NCBI RefSeq assembly: GCF_044704955.1 | Contig: NC_091995.1 | Location: 53,816,001-53,880,000, forward strand | Direction: 5' to 3' | DNA: 64,000 bases | Source of the DNA: Pristiophorus japonicus | Taxonomy: Eukaryota | Shown: positions 63,501 through 64,000 of the stretch, in pieces | Layout: each line of letters begins with the position of its first letter | How positions within the stretch are numbered: the stretch's first letter is position 1 | The notes under the pieces: model-generated | What the model was told of the DNA's origin: nothing | The model's database searches: none | What the model saw: only the letters and a program-made list of their open reading frames with translations | Position numbers and translations under genes: made by a program

Positions 63501-64000
63501 CAGTGTGAACTGGTGCTCTCCACTCTCCCGTCCTGTGACAGTTTGAACTGGTGCTCCCCACTCTCCCGTCCTGTGACAGTTTGAACTGGTGCTCTCCACT
63601 CTCTGTCCTGTGACAGTTTGAACTGGTGCTCTCCACTCTCTGTCCTGTGACAGTTGGAACTGGTGCTCTCCATCTCTCTCCTGTGACAGTTTGAACTGGT
63701 GCTCTCCACTCTCTGTCCTGTGACAGTTTGAACTGGTGCTCTCCACTCTCTGTCCTGTGACTGTTTGAACTGGTGCTCTCCACTCTCCCGTCCTGTGACA
63801 GTTTGAACTGATGCTCTCCACTCTCGGTCCTGTGACAGTTTGAACTGGTGCTCTCCACTCTCCCGTCCTGTGACAGTTTGAACTGGTGCTCTCCACTCTC
63901 TGTCCTGTGACAGTTTGAACTGGTGTTCCCCACTCTCTGTCCTGTGACAGTTTGAACTGATGCTCTCCACTCTCTGTCCTGTGACAGTGTGAACTGGTGC
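57553..64000. repeat. 37-bp satellite (TGTGACAGTTTGAACTGGTGCTCTCCACTCTCTGTCC)n, running off the window end
   Basis: More than 6.4 kb of tandem units; blocks of variant units recur (60140/61214, period 1074). Confidence 0.97.

Noticed and set aside
57356-63970. Very long minus-strand ORFs (up to 1380 aa)
   Set aside because: They are translations of the 37-bp satellite cycling through all three frames; no evidence of a gene

Overview
Eukaryotic, repeat-dense vertebrate DNA with no intact host gene. The CR1 (CATAGAAA)n tails and the CR1/L2/RTE mix suggest a cartilaginous fish; this is an inference. The window is a nested stack of decayed CR1, RTE and L2 LINEs, a two-LTR Gypsy element (6823-11677, minus), a 1.5-kb solo LTR, a TIR element, two large 37-bp satellites, several minisatellites and a very-large-GTPase (GVIN1/URGCP-like) pseudogene remnant. 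The main find is a degenerate endogenous retrovirus at ~23.0-34.2 kb (plus strand) with lokiretrovirus-like architecture. It has a coiled-coil/CCHC gag and an in-frame TGA-CTAG readthrough signal into PR-RT. It also has two RNase H-type domains and an integrase. Its env can be rebuilt across two younger insertions as a paramyxo/pneumovirus-F-like class I fusion protein, preceded by a signal peptide and an Ig-like domain. Also notable is a CR1 copy (56.7-57.4 kb) with dense strand-specific A-to-G change that looks like fixed ADAR hyper-editing. All family assignments rest on motif recognition by eye; no searches were run.
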